A stretch of DNA of 64,000 nucleotides, from positions 58,722-122,721 of the forward strand of contig CALKVK010000033.1 in assembly GCA_937996235.1 (NCBI GenBank), written 5' to 3'. Of the stretch, positions 9,343 through 19,288 are shown one piece after another (position 1 is the stretch's first letter; every line of letters starts with the position of its first letter). The notes beneath the pieces were generated by a model, which was not told the origin of the DNA, did no database searches, and saw nothing but the letters and a program-made list of their open reading frames with translations. Origin of the DNA: an uncultured bacterium. GTDB lineage: Bacteria > Planctomycetota > JAJSAM01 > JAJVHW01. Position numbers and translations under genes: made by a program.

Positions 9343-12300
9343 TCAGGCGGAGGCCACCGACGCGTCGGCGTCGGCGGCGTCCGCCTGCGGCGCGCCGTCG
9401 CGGTGCGCCTCGAGCGCCCGCGCGACCGCCGCGAACTCCGCGAGGAGGTCCGGCACGAGTGCCGCGATTTCCGTCGGGTCCACGAGGTCGCGACACGCGG
9501 ACTCGATCGCGCGCGCGCGCGTCGCGAGCCCCGGCGCGCCCAGCATCGCCGCGCTGCCCGCGAGCCCGTGCGACACGGCGGCCGCGGCGGCGATGTCGCC
9601 CACGGCGATCGAGCGCTCGAGCCGCGCGCAACTCGTCGCCGAGGAGTCGAGGAACGTGTCGATGATCTCGCGCACGGGGTCCTCGGCGTCGCCCGCGCCC
9701 ATGCTGCGGAGGGACTCGAGGACGCTGAAGTCCACGGGCCCGTCCACGGCCTCGTCCTGCGCGGAGTCCGTCTCGCCGCCGGGGCCCCCGACCGTCCAGG
9801 TGCGCAGCGTCGCCGCGAGCACCTCGAGCTGCACCGGCTTCGCGATGTAGTCGTCCATGCCGGAGCGCAGGCAGCGCTCCCGCGTGCCCGGCGTCACGTG
9901 TGCCGTCATGGCCACGATGGCGAGGCGTCCGCCGCACGCGGCCTCGCGGCGGCGGATCGTGGCCGTCGCGGCGAAGCCGTCCATCTCCGGCATCTCGCAG
10001 TCCATGAGGACCGCGGCGTACGTGCCCTTCAGCGTCGCCGCCACCGCCTCGGAGCCGGTGCGCGCCACGTCGACCTCGTAGCCCAGGCTCTCGACCTGCA
10101 GCTTCGCGATCTTCAGGTTGACGGGGTTGTCGTCGACGACGAGCACCCGGCGCCCTGCCGCCGAGCGCAGTCCGGGTTCGCCGGTGTGCTGCGCGTGCGT
10201 GCGCGAGGCGATCGGCGTCTCGCCGCGCACGAGCGACGTCAGCGCGCGGACGAGGTACGAACCGCGCGTCGGCTTGGTCAGGCTCGCGGCCACTCCCGCC
10301 GCGCGCGCCTCCTCGGCGTTGCCCACGCCGAACGAGGTCAGGAGCAGCGTGCGCGTGCCCGCGATCTCGCGCGTGTCGCGGATCGCGCGCGCGAGCGTCA
10401 GGCCGTCCATGTCCGGCATGTCGTGGTCGAGGATCGCGACGTTGAACGGGCGCGCCGCCGCTGCCGCCTCGAGCAGCATCTCGAGCGCGACCTTGCCGGA
10501 CTCCGCGCTCTCGACCGCGCAGCCCCACGCATCGAGCTGGTGGGCGACGATCCGGCGGTTCGTCGCACTGTCGTCCACGACGAGGATGCGCACGCCGAGC
10601 AACTCGTCCTGGGCGTCGCGGCGCGAGACGTCGGCACGCGTGCCGACGCGCACCGTGAACCAGAACACGCTGCCGCTGCCCGGGATGCTGCTGACGTCGA
10701 TCTCGCCGCCCATCAGTTCCACGAGCTTCTTGCAGATGGCGAGTCCGAGCCCCGTGCCGCCGTGCCGCCGCGACGTAGCACCGCCCGCCTGGACGAACGG
10801 GCGGAAGAGCTGCCCGATCTGCTCGCGCGTGAGCCCGACGCCGGTGTCGCTGACGTCGAAGCGCAGGACGACCTCGCCGTTCTGGGCGTCGAGTGCGGTC
10901 GCGCGCACCGTCACGTCGCCGCTCTCGGTGAACTTGATCGCGTTGCCGATCAGGTTCGAGAGCACCTGCCGCAGGCGCCCCGGGTCGCCGCGGACGATCG
11001 CCGGGACGCTCGGGTCCACGGAGCACACGAGCTCCAGGCCCTTCGCGCGCGCACCGGCGGACATCAGCTCGACGACGTCTTCGACGGCCGCCTGCGCATC
11101 GAAGTCCACGAGGTCGAGCTCGAGGCGGTCGGCCTCGATCTTCGAGAAGTCGAGGATGTCGTTGATGATCCGCAGCAGCGCCTCGCCGCACGAGCGCACG
11201 GTGCGCGCGCAGTCGCGCTGTTCCTCGGAGAGCTCCGAGTCGAGCAGGAGTCCGGTCATCCCGATCACGCCGTTCATCGGCGTGCGGATCTCGTGGCTCA
11301 TCGTGGCGAGGAACGCCGACTTCGCGCGATTCGCGGCCTCGGCGGCACGCCGCGCCTCCTCGAGCTCCGCCGTCCGCTCGCGGACGCGCCGCTCGAGCTC
11401 CCAGTTGCGCTGCTCCGTGCGCTGCCGCTGCGCGCGCGTCGTGCGCACGGCGAGGACGAGGCCGAGCACGATCGCGACGGCCGCCGCGTACCCGATCCGC
11501 TCGGTCTCGCGCAGCGCGCGCACGTCGCTGCGCTGCCAGAAGACCGCGTCCGGTGTGCCGGCCCACAGCATCCACGAGGGCGCCGCGTCGGCCACGCGCA
11601 GCCGCACGACCTCCGAGTAGAGCAGGCGGTCGTCGGGCGTGACCGCCTGCACGTAGGCCTCGGAGGCGCGCGCCGTCGCGTCGTCCTCCTGCACGGTCAT
11701 CTGCGGCGAGACGTTGCGGATGGCGAAACGGCTGCTCGGCAGCAGGGTGCGCAGCGCCGCGGGCCGGATGAACGCGCAGATCGAGCCGCGCAGCGCGCCG
11801 TCCAGTCCGAAGTACGGCACCGAGTACACGAAGACCGACTCCGGCTCTTCGCTGACCGTGGCGAAGCGGTCGACGGCGACCGTGCGGTAGGACGAGAGTG
11901 CCGTGCCACGGTCGGGGCGCTCGTCCGACTCCGTCGGGACCGCTGCCGCGAAGCGGCGCAGATGTTCGGCGGCGGCAGTGAGCGCGACCTGAGCGAGATC
12001 CGGCGAGAGCTGCCGCACGTCCGCGCCGCCGCGCGGCGGCTCCGGGACGATCGTGGCGGAGGGCACGGCCGGCGTGACGCCCGTCGGCCCGACGACCGCG
12101 TCCGGCCGCAGCGGGATCACGTGCAGCTCCGCGATCCGCACCGCCGAGGAGGAGTTCGCGTGGATCTCCTCGAGGGCGAGCCGTGCGCCCGCGCCGATCT
12201 CCTCGCCGTCGGGCCCGGACCGGCGCACGCTCGGCAGTCGCGCCGCCGTGCGGAGCCCCTGGTGCACCCGCAGCATCCGGTCCTCGACCCGCTGCGCGAC

Positions 12301-12474
12301 CGCGCGCGTCTCCGCGCTGCAGTCCGCGCGATAGGAGGCGATCGCCGCCTCGAGCTCGGAGGACTGGCGCGCCCGGATCGGGACGGCCAGGACGGCGCCG
12401 ATCGCGATCACCGCCGCGTAGGGCAGCGCGGCCGACCAGAGTCGGCGCAGGCGTGATCGGGGAGCCCGGGGCAT
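9343..12474 (-). CDS. Hybrid sensor histidine kinase (TM/sensor - HisKA - HATPase_c - REC - REC - HPt)
   Basis: The H-box is '[23 protein letters not shown]'. The N, G1 and G2 boxes are '[10 protein letters not shown]', 'VSDTGVGL' and '[19 protein letters not shown]'. There are two receiver domains ('[12 protein letters not shown]...[11 protein letters not shown]' and '[12 protein letters not shown]...[11 protein letters not shown]...AMTAH'). A C-terminal HPt reads '[14 protein letters not shown]'. Confidence 0.9.
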   Translation of the reverse strand: MPRAPRSRLRRLWSAALPYAAVIAIGAVLAVPIRARQSSELEAAIASYRADCSAETRAVAQRVEDRMLRVHQGLRTAARLPSVRRSGPDGEEIGAGARLALEEIHANSSSAVRIAELHVIPLRPDAVVGPTGVTPAVPSATIVPEPPRGGADVRQLSPDLAQVALTAAAEHLRRFAAAVPTESDERPDRGTALSSYRTVAVDRFATVSEEPESVFVYSVPYFGLDGALRGSICAFIRPAALRTLLPSSRFAIRNVSPQMTVQEDDATARASEAYVQAVTPDDRLLYSEVVRLRVADAAPSWMLWAGTPDAVFWQRSDVRALRETERIGYAAAVAIVLGLVLAVRTTRAQRQRTEQRNWELERRVRERTAELEEARRAAEAANRAKSAFLATMSHEIRTPMNGVIGMTGLLLDSELSEEQRDCARTVRSCGEALLRIINDILDFSKIEADRLELDLVDFDAQAAVEDVVELMSAGARAKGLELVCSVDPSVPAIVRGDPGRLRQVLSNLIGNAIKFTESGDVTVRATALDAQNGEVVLRFDVSDTGVGLTREQIGQLFRPFVQAGGATSRRHGGTGLGLAICKKLVELMGGEIDVSSIPGSGSVFWFTVRVGTRADVSRRDAQDELLGVRILVVDDSATNRRIVAHQLDAWGCAVESAESGKVALEMLLEAAAAARPFNVAILDHDMPDMDGLTLARAIRDTREIAGTRTLLLTSFGVGNAEEARAAGVAASLTKPTRGSYLVRALTSLVRGETPIASRTHAQHTGEPGLRSAAGRRVLVVDDNPVNLKIAKLQVESLGYEVDVARTGSEAVAATLKGTYAAVLMDCEMPEMDGFAATATIRRREAACGGRLAIVAMTAHVTPGTRERCLRSGMDDYIAKPVQLEVLAATLRTWTVGGPGGETDSAQDEAVDGPVDFSVLESLRSMGAGDAEDPVREIIDTFLDSSATSCARLERSIAVGDIAAAAAVSHGLAGSAAMLGAPGLATRARAIESACRDLVDPTEIAALVPDLLAEFAAVARALEAHRDGAPQADAADADASVASA

Positions 12475-12543
12475 CCTTGGGTATCGAGCCCGGGGCGCAC
12501 CGCGCTTGAACCCTCGGTCGGCATGCCCGAGGGGCGACTCGGC

Positions 12544-13089
12544 TCAGACGGTGGCCAGTCGGCCGTCGCGGTGGACGGCGAAGCCGTCGAGGCTGCCGTC
12601 GAGCGCGTCGCCCGGCGGGTGGAAGTCGGCGCGCCAGCGGACGGGGAACACCGCCTCGCGCGGCCGTCCGAGACGCCCGAGCCACGCAGCGATCTCGTCG
12701 GGGGCGGGGACGAGGACGCCGTGCCAGAGCGGCACCTGTCCCCCCGGTGTGCAGAGGGTCGGCTCGCGTTCGCGGAGGCCCCCGGCGTCGCCGGGCACGA
12801 AGGTCAGATGGCCGACGAGCTCGCTCCCGTCCGCGAGCGTGAACGTCGCGCGGAGGAGGAAGCGCCCGGGCGGGAACTCGACCGACCCGTCGCCGAGGGC
12901 GGCGTCGGTCTCGAGCGGCAGCACCGTCTGGTCGTCGGGACCGGAGAGGTGGCCGTCCGGTCCGGGGAACCACCACGCGCCGGTCGCGCGCAGGTCGTGC
13001 TCGGAGAGCGTGTCGAGTTGGCGCCGCCCGGGGTAGCGGTCGGCGCCGGGATCGCTGCGTCCGTCCGCGGACGCCTCGTCGTACCACAT
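12544..13089 (-). CDS. Hypothetical protein (181 aa), last gene of the GntR-ABC operon
   Basis: This is the C-terminal part of the 905-aa ORF, starting at the ATG at 13087-13089, 29 nt after the permease stop. GC3 bias is strong. I recognise no motif. Confidence 0.5.
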   Translation of the reverse strand: MWYDEASADGRSDPGADRYPGRRQLDTLSEHDLRATGAWWFPGPDGHLSGPDDQTVLPLETDAALGDGSVEFPPGRFLLRATFTLADGSELVGHLTFVPGDAGGLREREPTLCTPGGQVPLWHGVLVPAPDEIAAWLGRLGRPREAVFPVRWRADFHPPGDALDGSLDGFAVHRDGRLATV

Positions 13090-13118
13090 GCCGCGATCGT
13101 ACGCGCGGCTGCGGGTCG

Positions 13119-15266
13119 TCAGTCCACGAACACCTCGCGGCCGGTCGGCTGCGGTGCGGGCCACTCCGCGGCGAGGTGGACTGCGAGTCGGCGGCCGTCC
13201 GGCGCCGTGCGCACCGCGCTCCGGCGGACGAGCGTGCCCATCCACACGAGGCCGAGCGGGCCGAGCGCGAGGGCGACGACGGTCCAGCAGACCGCCTCGG
13301 CGCGGGTCGTGCACCGCCGCAGCGCCTGACGACCCGCGTGCCACGCGCACAGCGCGGCGACGCACAGCGACAGCGCGAGCCACGGCGTGCCCAGTCCGCC
13401 GGCGACCGTCCCGTCGAGCCACCAGCGCGACTCGAGCTCCTCCCACGTCCGCGGTGCCGGGCGCAGCCACGAGAGCGCGACGAGGAGCGGAGGCCGCGCG
13501 AGGGTGACGCTCCCGAGCAGACCGGCGAGCACACGCTCGGCCGGTTCGCGCGGCGCGAGCGTCGTGTCGGCGACGAGCGGAGCCGCCGCCCCGGCGGGGA
13601 GCACCCGTGCGCGCAGGCGCACGTCCATGTCGCGGTACGGCGGGCGTGCGACGGCGAAGGCCGGCTCCCCCCGGTCGAGCACGAGCCGCCACGCGCCGAG
13701 GCTCTCGTCGGGCGCGACAGGGAGGAGCGCGGAGCGCCGCTCGGCGAAGTCGAGGAGCAGGATGCCGTCGCGGACGCGCAGCGCCAGCGCGTTCGCGCGG
13801 TCGGTGACGCCGAGCGCCACGGCGACCGAGTCCGCCGGGTCCGCGAGCTCCACGGCCGCTCCCGCGGGCAGGTCGATGCGCCGGACGCTCACCGGCACGG
13901 CGTCCGCGTCGAGCCCGGGCGCGGGTTGCCGCTCGGCGCGGAGCGCGAGGCGTGCGACGGGATCGACGACCCCGAACACGACCGTCTCGAGCGCTCCCGC
14001 AGTGCTCGCGAGCATCTGCGGCCACTGGGGCGGCACGAATGCTGCGTCCGAGAAACGCGGCGCGCCGTCGGCCGGCGTTCCGGCCGTCCAGCCGTCGGGT
14101 CCGAGCGATCCGATGTCGCGCCAGGTGACGGGTCTCTCCGCCGGGTCCGCGACGACCTGTGCGACGAGCCGCCCCTCGCGCAGCTGGAGTCGCACCGCGC
14201 GCGGCAGCGGACGTCCGCCGTCTGCTCCGACCAGATGAGACACACGCCGTTCGGCGCGACCAGCGCGGAGAACGGTGTCCCCGCGTGTGCGGCGTACCCT
14301 GGGCGCGGCGCCCCAGATCTCCGTCGCGTGCAGCCGCCGCTCGGCTCGGCTCACGTGCACGTGCGCCCAGTTGAGCGCCGGACCCGGGAGTGCGGTGGCG
14401 TAGTCGGCGTCGTTCGTGACGACGTCCGCGAGCGGAGCGTCGCGGGACTCGTCCCAGATGCGCACGCGGATCTCGCCCCGCTTCACACGCGCGGATCGCA
14501 CGAAGCGGATGGCGCCGTCGTCCGTGACGTGCACGGCGGGGAACGCGCGCGCGAGCGCGTTGCCGAGCCCGGTGCGCGCCCACGTCGCGGCCTCGAGCCA
14601 CGCGCCTCCGAGCAACGCCAGCGTGAGCAGCGCCGCGGGGCGCAGCAGGCGCGGCGCGCCGTCGCCGCGGACCTCCCGAGCGGGGAACAGGACGGCGAGT
14701 GTCGCGACCGCGGAGACCGCGACCAGCAGCGCGAGCGACGGGCCGTCGTCGCGCGACTGCAGCGCGACGAACCCGATGGTTCCGAGGAGCACGGCGACGA
14801 CGGGGCGCATCCAGGCACGGCGCACGCTGCCGGCGAGCCGCGCGAGCGCCCAGGGGTACGCCGCGAAGCAGAACGCCAGCGGCAGGTGCCACGCGTGCAG
14901 GTCGCCGGCGTCGGCGCTCGCCGCGCCCCAGATCCGGGTGCCGTGCTCGGAAGGCGCCAGCAGCAGGCCGGGCCACGGCGCGAGCACCGCGATCGCGAGG
15001 GCCACCAGCCCGCCGAGCGTCCGCGCGACGCGGATCCGGGTGCGCGAGAGCGCGCGGTGCCGCAGGAACGCGTCGTGCTCCGCACGGTGGTCGAGCCATC
15101 CGTGCCAGGCACCCAGCGCGGCGCCGGCGGCGAGCGCGGCCCAGAGCACGATCTCGCCCGGGTGGCTGTCGTACGCGGCGCCGAAGCCGACGGCGGCCAG
15201 GGCGAGCGCGACGAGCGTCACCACGGGCAGGAGCTCGCGGAGCTCCTTGCGCAGGATCCACATCAT
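13119..15266 (-). CDS. Large membrane protein, putative permease partner of the ABC ATPase (715 aa)
   Basis: The start 'MMWILRKELRELLPVVTLVALALAAV' overlaps the ATPase stop (ATGA at 15263-15266). About six N-terminal TM helices are followed by a central soluble domain of roughly 350 aa and then C-terminal TM helices. Confidence 0.65.
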   Translation of the reverse strand: MMWILRKELRELLPVVTLVALALAAVGFGAAYDSHPGEIVLWAALAAGAALGAWHGWLDHRAEHDAFLRHRALSRTRIRVARTLGGLVALAIAVLAPWPGLLLAPSEHGTRIWGAASADAGDLHAWHLPLAFCFAAYPWALARLAGSVRRAWMRPVVAVLLGTIGFVALQSRDDGPSLALLVAVSAVATLAVLFPAREVRGDGAPRLLRPAALLTLALLGGAWLEAATWARTGLGNALARAFPAVHVTDDGAIRFVRSARVKRGEIRVRIWDESRDAPLADVVTNDADYATALPGPALNWAHVHVSRAERRLHATEIWGAAPRVRRTRGDTVLRAGRAERRVSHLVGADGGRPLPRAVRLQLREGRLVAQVVADPAERPVTWRDIGSLGPDGWTAGTPADGAPRFSDAAFVPPQWPQMLASTAGALETVVFGVVDPVARLALRAERQPAPGLDADAVPVSVRRIDLPAGAAVELADPADSVAVALGVTDRANALALRVRDGILLLDFAERRSALLPVAPDESLGAWRLVLDRGEPAFAVARPPYRDMDVRLRARVLPAGAAAPLVADTTLAPREPAERVLAGLLGSVTLARPPLLVALSWLRPAPRTWEELESRWWLDGTVAGGLGTPWLALSLCVAALCAWHAGRQALRRCTTRAEAVCWTVVALALGPLGLVWMGTLVRRSAVRTAPDGRRLAVHLAAEWPAPQPTGREVFVD

Positions 15267-16168
15267 GTCGCCGCTCCCGCGGTGGCGCCCGCCGTCGTGT
15301 AGTCGATGAAGAGGTCCTCGAGCGTCAGGCGCTCGACGTCGACCGTGTGCGCGCCGTGCTCGCGTGCCCACGCCGCGGCGGCGTCGGAGCCGTCGCACAC
15401 CGCGAGCGCGACGGAGCGCCCGCGCGTCCGCATGCGCAGCAGCCCGTGCAGCTCGCACGCCGCGGGTGGGTCGCCTTCGAAGTGCGCGTGGACGCGCACG
15501 ATGCGCTCCTTCACCTCGTCGACGGCGCCGTTCACGCGCAGCACGCCCTCGTGCAGGATCGCCACGCGATCGGCCACGCGCTCGACGTCCGCGAGCACGT
15601 GCGACGTGAAGAGCACCGTGCGGCCGTCCTCCTGGACGAGGTCGATCATGACCTCGAGGAACTCGCGGCGGACGACCGGGTCGAGACCGAGCGCGGGGTC
15701 GTCGAGGATGACGACCTCGGGCCGCGGCGCGAGCGCCACGGCCAGCGCGACCTGCGCCCTCTGACCGCGGGAGAGATGACGGACACGCGCGCGCGGGTCG
15801 AGTCCGAGGCGCGCGAGGTGCACGTCGAACTGCTGCGCGTCGAACCCCGGGAGCGTCGCGCGCTGGAAGTCGCGCAGCGTCGCGAGTCGCATCCACGGGA
15901 CGAGCCGCTGTCCCTCCGCCACGAACCCGATGCGCGCGCGGCCCTCGGGCGGCAGGTCCGAGGCGTCCATGCCCAGGATCTCCGCGCGGCCGCGCGTCGG
16001 GCGCTGGAGCCCGAGCAGGCAGCGCAGCGCGGTGGACTTGCCGGCTCCGTTGCGACCGAGGAGCGCGAACACGCTACCGCGCGGCACGTCGAGCGAGAGC
16101 TCCTGCAGGGCCGCGCGCTCGCCGTACCAGTGCGTCAGCCGGTCGAAGCGGATCACCGCGTCGCTCAT
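15263..16168 (-). CDS. ABC transporter ATP-binding protein
   Basis: Walker A 'GRNGAGKST', signature 'LSRGQRAQV' and Walker B 'VVILDDPALGLD' are present, with an H-loop 'TSHVL'. The ATG at 16166-16168 overlaps the gntR stop (ATGA) and follows GAAGGAGGAC. Confidence 0.9.
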   Translation of the reverse strand: MSDAVIRFDRLTHWYGERAALQELSLDVPRGSVFALLGRNGAGKSTALRCLLGLQRPTRGRAEILGMDASDLPPEGRARIGFVAEGQRLVPWMRLATLRDFQRATLPGFDAQQFDVHLARLGLDPRARVRHLSRGQRAQVALAVALAPRPEVVILDDPALGLDPVVRREFLEVMIDLVQEDGRTVLFTSHVLADVERVADRVAILHEGVLRVNGAVDEVKERIVRVHAHFEGDPPAACELHGLLRMRTRGRSVALAVCDGSDAAAAWAREHGAHTVDVERLTLEDLFIDYTTAGATAGAAT

Positions 16169-16569
16169 GCGTCCTCCTTCGCGGTCACGGGGAACACGAG
16201 CGTGGCGAGGGCGTCCTCGAAGACCCGACGCACCTGGGCCTCGTCGAGGCCGAGGTGGACGGCGTCGGTCAGCACGGTGTCGAGCGCCGCGCGGCAGCGG
16301 CGCAGCCCTTCGGCCGTCCGCAGCACCGCCCGCGGCTCGGCGATGAACGTCCCGGCGCCGCGCCGCGACACCGTGACCCCTTCCGCGTCGAGGACCTGGT
16401 ACGCGCGTGCGACCGTGTTCGGGTTGACGACGAGGTCGTGCGCGAGGTCGCGGACCGACGGCAGCCGGTCGCCGCGCGTCAGCCGGCCCGTGGCGACGGC
16501 GTGCTTCACGGCGTTGACGAGCTGCTGGAAGAGCGGTTCGGGGGCGGCGGGGTCGATGCGGAGAAGCAT
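16165..16569 (-). CDS. GntR family transcriptional regulator, short YtrA-like subfamily
   Basis: The 134-aa protein has the wHTH 'LFQQLVNAVKHAVATGRLTRGDRLPSVRDLAHDLVVNPNTVARAYQVLDAEGVTVSRRGAGTFI' and a short C-terminal helical tail. It is followed by an ABC ATPase and permease, as in ytrA-type operons. Confidence 0.85.
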   Translation of the reverse strand: MLLRIDPAAPEPLFQQLVNAVKHAVATGRLTRGDRLPSVRDLAHDLVVNPNTVARAYQVLDAEGVTVSRRGAGTFIAEPRAVLRTAEGLRRCRAALDTVLTDAVHLGLDEAQVRRVFEDALATLVFPVTAKEDA

Positions 16570-16582
16570 GGCTGCGTTCGTC

Positions 16583-16624
16583 TTGTACTAGTGCAAATAG
16601 TACAATGTTCACGCGAGGCGTCAA
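16583..16624 (-). promoter_or_regulatory. gntR promoter candidate (TTGACG-N16-TACTAT) overlapped by a perfect 8-bp inverted repeat operator
   Basis: The plus strand reads TTGTACTA-gtgcaaa-TAGTACAA at 16583-16605, 14 bp upstream of the gntR start codon. On the minus strand the -35 TTGACG is at 16624-16619 and the -10 TACTAT at 16602-16597. This is one of the few AT-rich spots in the window. Confidence 0.55.
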
Positions 16625-16647
16625 GGGGGCGTTTCGAACGATGCGGC

Positions 16648-17400
16648 TCAGGCCGCTTCGTGGCCGGTGCGCGCGAGGGCGAGGGCGATGCGGTCCGCGA
16701 CCTCGCCGGGCGTCGCGCCGGAGGTGTCGATGACGAGATCCGCCTCGGCGTAGAGCGGCGCGCGGGCGGCGAGGATCTGCCGCAGCTCCGCCATCGCGTC
16801 CGCGCGCGCCTCGAGCGGGCGATGGTCGCCCTGCGCGACGACGCGCTCCATGTGGTCCTCCGGGCGCGCCCGGAGCCAGACGGTCACGCATGCGCGCTTC
16901 AGCCGGTCGAACGTCTCGCGCACCGTCACGACGCCGCCGCCGGTCGCGAGGACGGCGTGCTCGCCGCGCGTCAGGAACTCGCCCAGCACGTCCGACTCGA
17001 GGCGCCGGTAGAGCCCCTCGCCGTGCACCGAGAACACGTCGTAGAGCGGCAGTCCCGCGCGCTCCTCGACGAGCTGGTCGAGCTCGACGAACGCCGTCCC
17101 GAGGCGCCGCGCGAGTTCCGGGCCGACCGTGCTCTTGCCCGCGCCCCGGAGACCGAGCAGCGCGACGGTGGGCCGCGCGCCCTCCTGGAGCAGTTCCGCG
17201 GCGGTCGTGTGCAGCGCCCGCGCGAGGTGCGCGAGGTTGACCACGGAGATGTTCGCGCGCCCCGTCTCGACCTGCCCGACGAAGCGCGTCGAGAGGCCGC
17301 AGTGCTCGGCCAGCGTCGCGAGGCTCCAGCCGCGCCGGCGGCGGAGCTGTCGGATGTTCTGACCGAGCGAGCGGACGAGTGCCGCGTCCTGGGGCTCCAT
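16648..17400 (-). CDS. boxR: BoxR/BzdR-type regulator (XRE-family HTH fused to a shikimate-kinase-like domain)
   Basis: The real part of the 913-aa ORF starts at the ATG at 17398-17400. The N-terminal HTH is 'LGQNIRQLRRRRGWSLATLAEHCGLSTRFVGQVETGRANISVVNLAHLARAL'. It is followed by a P-loop kinase-like domain 'VALLGLRGAGKSTVGPELARRLG...FVELD'. The gene is divergent from boxC-boxB. Confidence 0.8.
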   Translation of the reverse strand: MEPQDAALVRSLGQNIRQLRRRRGWSLATLAEHCGLSTRFVGQVETGRANISVVNLAHLARALHTTAAELLQEGARPTVALLGLRGAGKSTVGPELARRLGTAFVELDQLVEERAGLPLYDVFSVHGEGLYRRLESDVLGEFLTRGEHAVLATGGGVVTVRETFDRLKRACVTVWLRARPEDHMERVVAQGDHRPLEARADAMAELRQILAARAPLYAEADLVIDTSGATPGEVADRIALALARTGHEAA

Positions 17401-17547
17401 CGTCGGAACTATACTGCGCGCCACGTCGCGGGCTACGGAAACATAATGCTTGTCCGTGCGTTCCGTCACACGTACGCTGCGCGGCCCCCTGCCGGGGAAC
17501 CCGCCACGTCCACGAGCCGACCCCACGAGCCGACCCAGGAGCCGAGC
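17401..17547. promoter_or_regulatory. Divergent boxR / boxCB control region
   Basis: This 147-bp gap holds the AT-richest stretch locally ('ggaactatactgcg', 'ggaaacataatgcttgtcc'). TGCG motifs recur, and there is an imperfect inverted repeat ACGGAAAC...GTTCCGT. TATAGT lies 7 nt before the boxR ATG on the minus strand, so the boxR mRNA may be leaderless or near-leaderless. The exact boxes are not resolved. Confidence 0.4.
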
Positions 17548-19236
17548 ATGGCCGAGAGCAGCGCCCCGCAGCCCGAGATCTCGTTCCGCGCGCACCCCGA
17601 CCACTACGTGCACTGGCGGTTGCGCATCGACGGGGACGTCGCGCACCTCACGATGAACGTCCAGGAGGACCGGCCGCTGCGCGCGGGGACCGTCCTCAAG
17701 CTGAACTCGTACGACCTCGGCGTCGACATCGAGCTCGCGGACGCGTACCAGCGGCTGCGCTTCGAGCACCCGGACGTGCGCTGCGTCGTGATCGACGGCG
17801 CGCTGCCGCGCGTGTTCTGCGCCGGCGCGAACATCCCGATGCTGCGCAGCTCCTCGCACTCGTTCAAGGTGAACTTCTGCAAGTTCACCAACGAGACGCG
17901 GCTCTACATCGAGGACGCGTCGCGCCACTCCGGCCTGCGCACGCTCTGCGCGGTGAACGGCACCGCTTCGGGTGGCGGGTACGAGCTCGCGCTCGCGGCC
18001 GACTGGATCATCCTCCCGGACGACGGGAACACGGCCGTCTCGTTCCCCGAGGTGCCGCTCCTCGGCGTGTTGCCGGGCACGGGCGGCCTCACGCGCCTCG
18101 TCGACAAGCGCAAGGTGCGACGCGACCTGGCGGACGTCTTCTCGACGCTGGCCGAGGGCATCAAGGGGCAGCGCGCCGAGCAGTGGCGGCTCGTCGACGA
18201 GGTGGTCGCCGCGTCCCAGTTCGCCGAGGCGGTCGAGAGGCGCGCGCGGATGCTCGCCGAAGAGGCCGCCGCGCTGCGTCCGGACCGCGAGGGGCCCGGC
18301 GTCGCGCTGCCCGAGCTCGTGTGCGACCGCAGCGAGCCCGACCTGCTGCGGTGGAAGTACGTCGCCCTGCGCGTCGACCGCGAGCGGCGCATCGCCGAGC
18401 TCGTGGTGCGCGGCCCCGACGCCGCGCCGACCGCGCTCGACGAGATCCGTGCGGCGGGCGCCGAGTGGTGGCCGCTGCGCTGCTTCCGCGAGCTCGACGA
18501 GGCGCTGCTCCACGTGCGCTTCAACCTGCTCGACGTGGGGCTCGTGGTGCTCCGTACCGAGGGCGACCCGGACCGCATCATGCTGGTCGACGACGCGCTC
18601 GGCGAGCACACCAGCGACTGGTTCGTCTCGGAGGTCCGGCGGCTCGTCGCGCGCGTGCTGCGCCGCCTCGACCTGACGGCCCGCTCGCTGTTCGCGATCG
18701 TCGAGCCGGGCAACTGCTTCGCGGGCACGCTCTTCGAGCTCTGCCTCGCCGCGGACCGCGTCTACATGCTCGACGACACGGGTCTCGACGACGACGAGCG
18801 CGGCGTCGGCAACCGCGTGCGCCTGTCGGAGGCGAACGCCGGCACCTACCCGATGTCGAACGGCCTCTCGCGCCTCGCGACGCACTTCCTGCAGGACGCG
18901 GCGCTCGCCGAGGCGGCGCTCTCCCATGCGGGCTACTTCGACGCGCAGGAGGCGCTCGCCGCCGGGCTCGTCACGTTCGCGCCCGACGACATCGACTGGG
19001 AGGACGAGGTGCGGATCGCGCTCGAGGAGCGCGCGAGCCTCTCGCCGGACGCGCTGACCGGCATGGAGGCGAACCTGCGCTTCGCCGGTCCCGAGACGCT
19101 CGAGACCAAGATCTTCGCCCGCCTCTCGGCGTGGCAGAACTGGATCTTCCAGCGCCCGAACGCGGTCGGCGAGCGCGGCGCGCTGACCTGCTACGGGCAG
19201 CCGCTGATGCCCGCGTTCGACTGGACCCGCACCTGA
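17548..19236 (+). CDS. boxC: 2,3-epoxybenzoyl-CoA dihydrolase (benzoyl-CoA-dihydrodiol lyase), BoxC
   Basis: The 562-aa protein starts at the ATG at 17548. It is a double crotonase-fold protein: 'VFCAGANIPML...FCKFTNETRLYIEDASRHSGLRTLCAVNGTASGGGYELALAADWIIL' and the C-terminal 'LSAWQNWIFQRPNAVGERGALTCYGQ'. It sits directly upstream of boxB. Confidence 0.85.
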   Translation: MAESSAPQPEISFRAHPDHYVHWRLRIDGDVAHLTMNVQEDRPLRAGTVLKLNSYDLGVDIELADAYQRLRFEHPDVRCVVIDGALPRVFCAGANIPMLRSSSHSFKVNFCKFTNETRLYIEDASRHSGLRTLCAVNGTASGGGYELALAADWIILPDDGNTAVSFPEVPLLGVLPGTGGLTRLVDKRKVRRDLADVFSTLAEGIKGQRAEQWRLVDEVVAASQFAEAVERRARMLAEEAAALRPDREGPGVALPELVCDRSEPDLLRWKYVALRVDRERRIAELVVRGPDAAPTALDEIRAAGAEWWPLRCFRELDEALLHVRFNLLDVGLVVLRTEGDPDRIMLVDDALGEHTSDWFVSEVRRLVARVLRRLDLTARSLFAIVEPGNCFAGTLFELCLAADRVYMLDDTGLDDDERGVGNRVRLSEANAGTYPMSNGLSRLATHFLQDAALAEAALSHAGYFDAQEALAAGLVTFAPDDIDWEDEVRIALEERASLSPDALTGMEANLRFAGPETLETKIFARLSAWQNWIFQRPNAVGERGALTCYGQPLMPAFDWTRT

Positions 19237-19288
19237 GGCACCGTCCGCCCGCCATCCCGAGGCACCCCACGACCCGAGGAGTCCCGCC

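Noticed and set aside
9053-13534. A 1493-aa ORF on the minus strand. Similar very long ORFs include 2296-4251(-), 2457-3860(+), 9403-12456(+), 20960-24079(-), 36225-38056(-), 47420-51007(+) and 57325-59985(-).
   Set aside because: Their translations are dominated by Arg, Ala, Pro and Gly with no recognisable motifs. They overlap frames that carry clear domain signatures and strong third-position G/C bias. These are typical stop-codon-poor alternative frames of a very GC-rich genome.
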